64,000 bases of DNA from Mobula hypostoma. Taxonomy: Eukaryota. Positions 63,186-64,000 of the stretch are shown in pieces. Made by a program: the position numbers and the translations under genes. The stretch spans positions 64,420,001 through 64,484,000 of the forward strand of contig NC_086097.1 of the NCBI RefSeq assembly GCF_963921235.1, in the 5' to 3' direction. Within the stretch, counting starts at the first letter, position 1. Every line of letters starts with the position of its first letter. The notes under the pieces are model-generated. The model made no database searches and had not been told where the DNA came from. It worked only from the letters and a program-made list of their open reading frames with translations.

Positions 63186-64000
63186 CTTCTGGGTCACCAA
63201 GAGAATGACAGCGTAGGAAAAGGTCTCTCAACAAAAAAGAACATAGACTGCCCCAAAGCCAAAATTAGACAAATATTTATTATTGTATAACTATATCAAT
63301 AAAAGGGGTAAGGATGGAGTCTAACTACAAGAATCAAAAGTCTGCTCAGGAGGCTGATATAAAAAGATGCAGCAAGACGAGGGGCCTAGCTCCCCCAAGG
63401 CTAACCAGGACGGAGATAATGTGGAAGAATCAGTGAATCTGGCTTTGATTCTTAGAGAAATTCGTGACTTCCGACAAGATATCAACAAACAGCTGGAAGA
63501 TACTAAAGGAGAAATAGGAACAACTAATCTGAGGTTAGATGAAGCTGAAGCGAGGATTGTAGGGACTGATGAGAGGCTGCAAAACGCAGAGGAAGTGACA
63601 GGAGAAATGCTGAATCTACAAGAGCAGCTCCAGTGGAAGCTAATAGACCAAGAAGGGAAAATGTGAGGATCTGTGGAGTTCCCAAAGGTAAACGAAGGCT
63701 CCACGAAGGTAAACCCGGATTGGTGATGCCCTTCATGGAGAAGCTGCTTAGAGAGAACCTTGAAATACCAGACTCAAAAGACCTACAGATAGAAAGGGCC
63801 CACCGCGCGTTGGCACCACAACCCCCAGCAGATGCCCAGCCCAGATGGATTTTAGTCAGATTTCTCAGTTACAGAACGAAGGAAGAAGTGCTTAAACTGG
63901 CATGGCAAAAGAAAGACTTTATGTGGAACAACGTAAAATCAGTTTAGACCAAGATTACGCACCGGGGATCCTTGCCAGATGGAAGGAATACGCGGAAACA
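63186..64000 (+). mobile_element. L1-clade LINE 5' UTR and frameshifted ORF1 (runs off window)
   Basis: Coiled coil (RLDEAEARIV), then RRENVRICGVP, LQIERAHRALAP, PRWILVRFLSYRTKEEVL, which are L1 ORF1p RRM motifs. Confidence 0.88.

Overview
Vertebrate genomic DNA, very probably from a cartilaginous fish (ray or shark), judged from the CR1/Penelope/Rex-rich repeat landscape; the species cannot be fixed from sequence alone. The window holds nine coding exons (probable exons 2-10; exon 1 lies upstream) of one + strand host gene, BRMS1L (Sin3/HDAC-associated Sds3 family), at 980-51931. The exons total 836 nt, splice phases join into one open frame, and the stop is at 51929-51931. The gene has a U12-type AT-AC minor intron (42211-42568), which also contains a potential nested U2 GT-AG pair, and a GC-AG final intron (50750-51813). 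Most of the remainder is decayed, often nested transposable elements: CR1, Rex1/Babar, RTE, L1, Penelope-like, BEL/Pao, Gypsy with PNMA-like gag, Tc1, mariner and Harbinger MITEs, and tRNA-SINEs. Nearly all ORF-track entries are TE fragments or chance ORFs. The most notable non-coding signals are (i) minimal hammerhead-ribozyme motifs in the Penelope terminal repeats, including small TSD-flanked fold-back elements, and (ii) a ~330-bp stretch just after the stop codon that has inverted copies in intron 7. I cannot show that any of this is a wholly undescribed system. TE boundaries are approximate unless a TSD or TIR is quoted.
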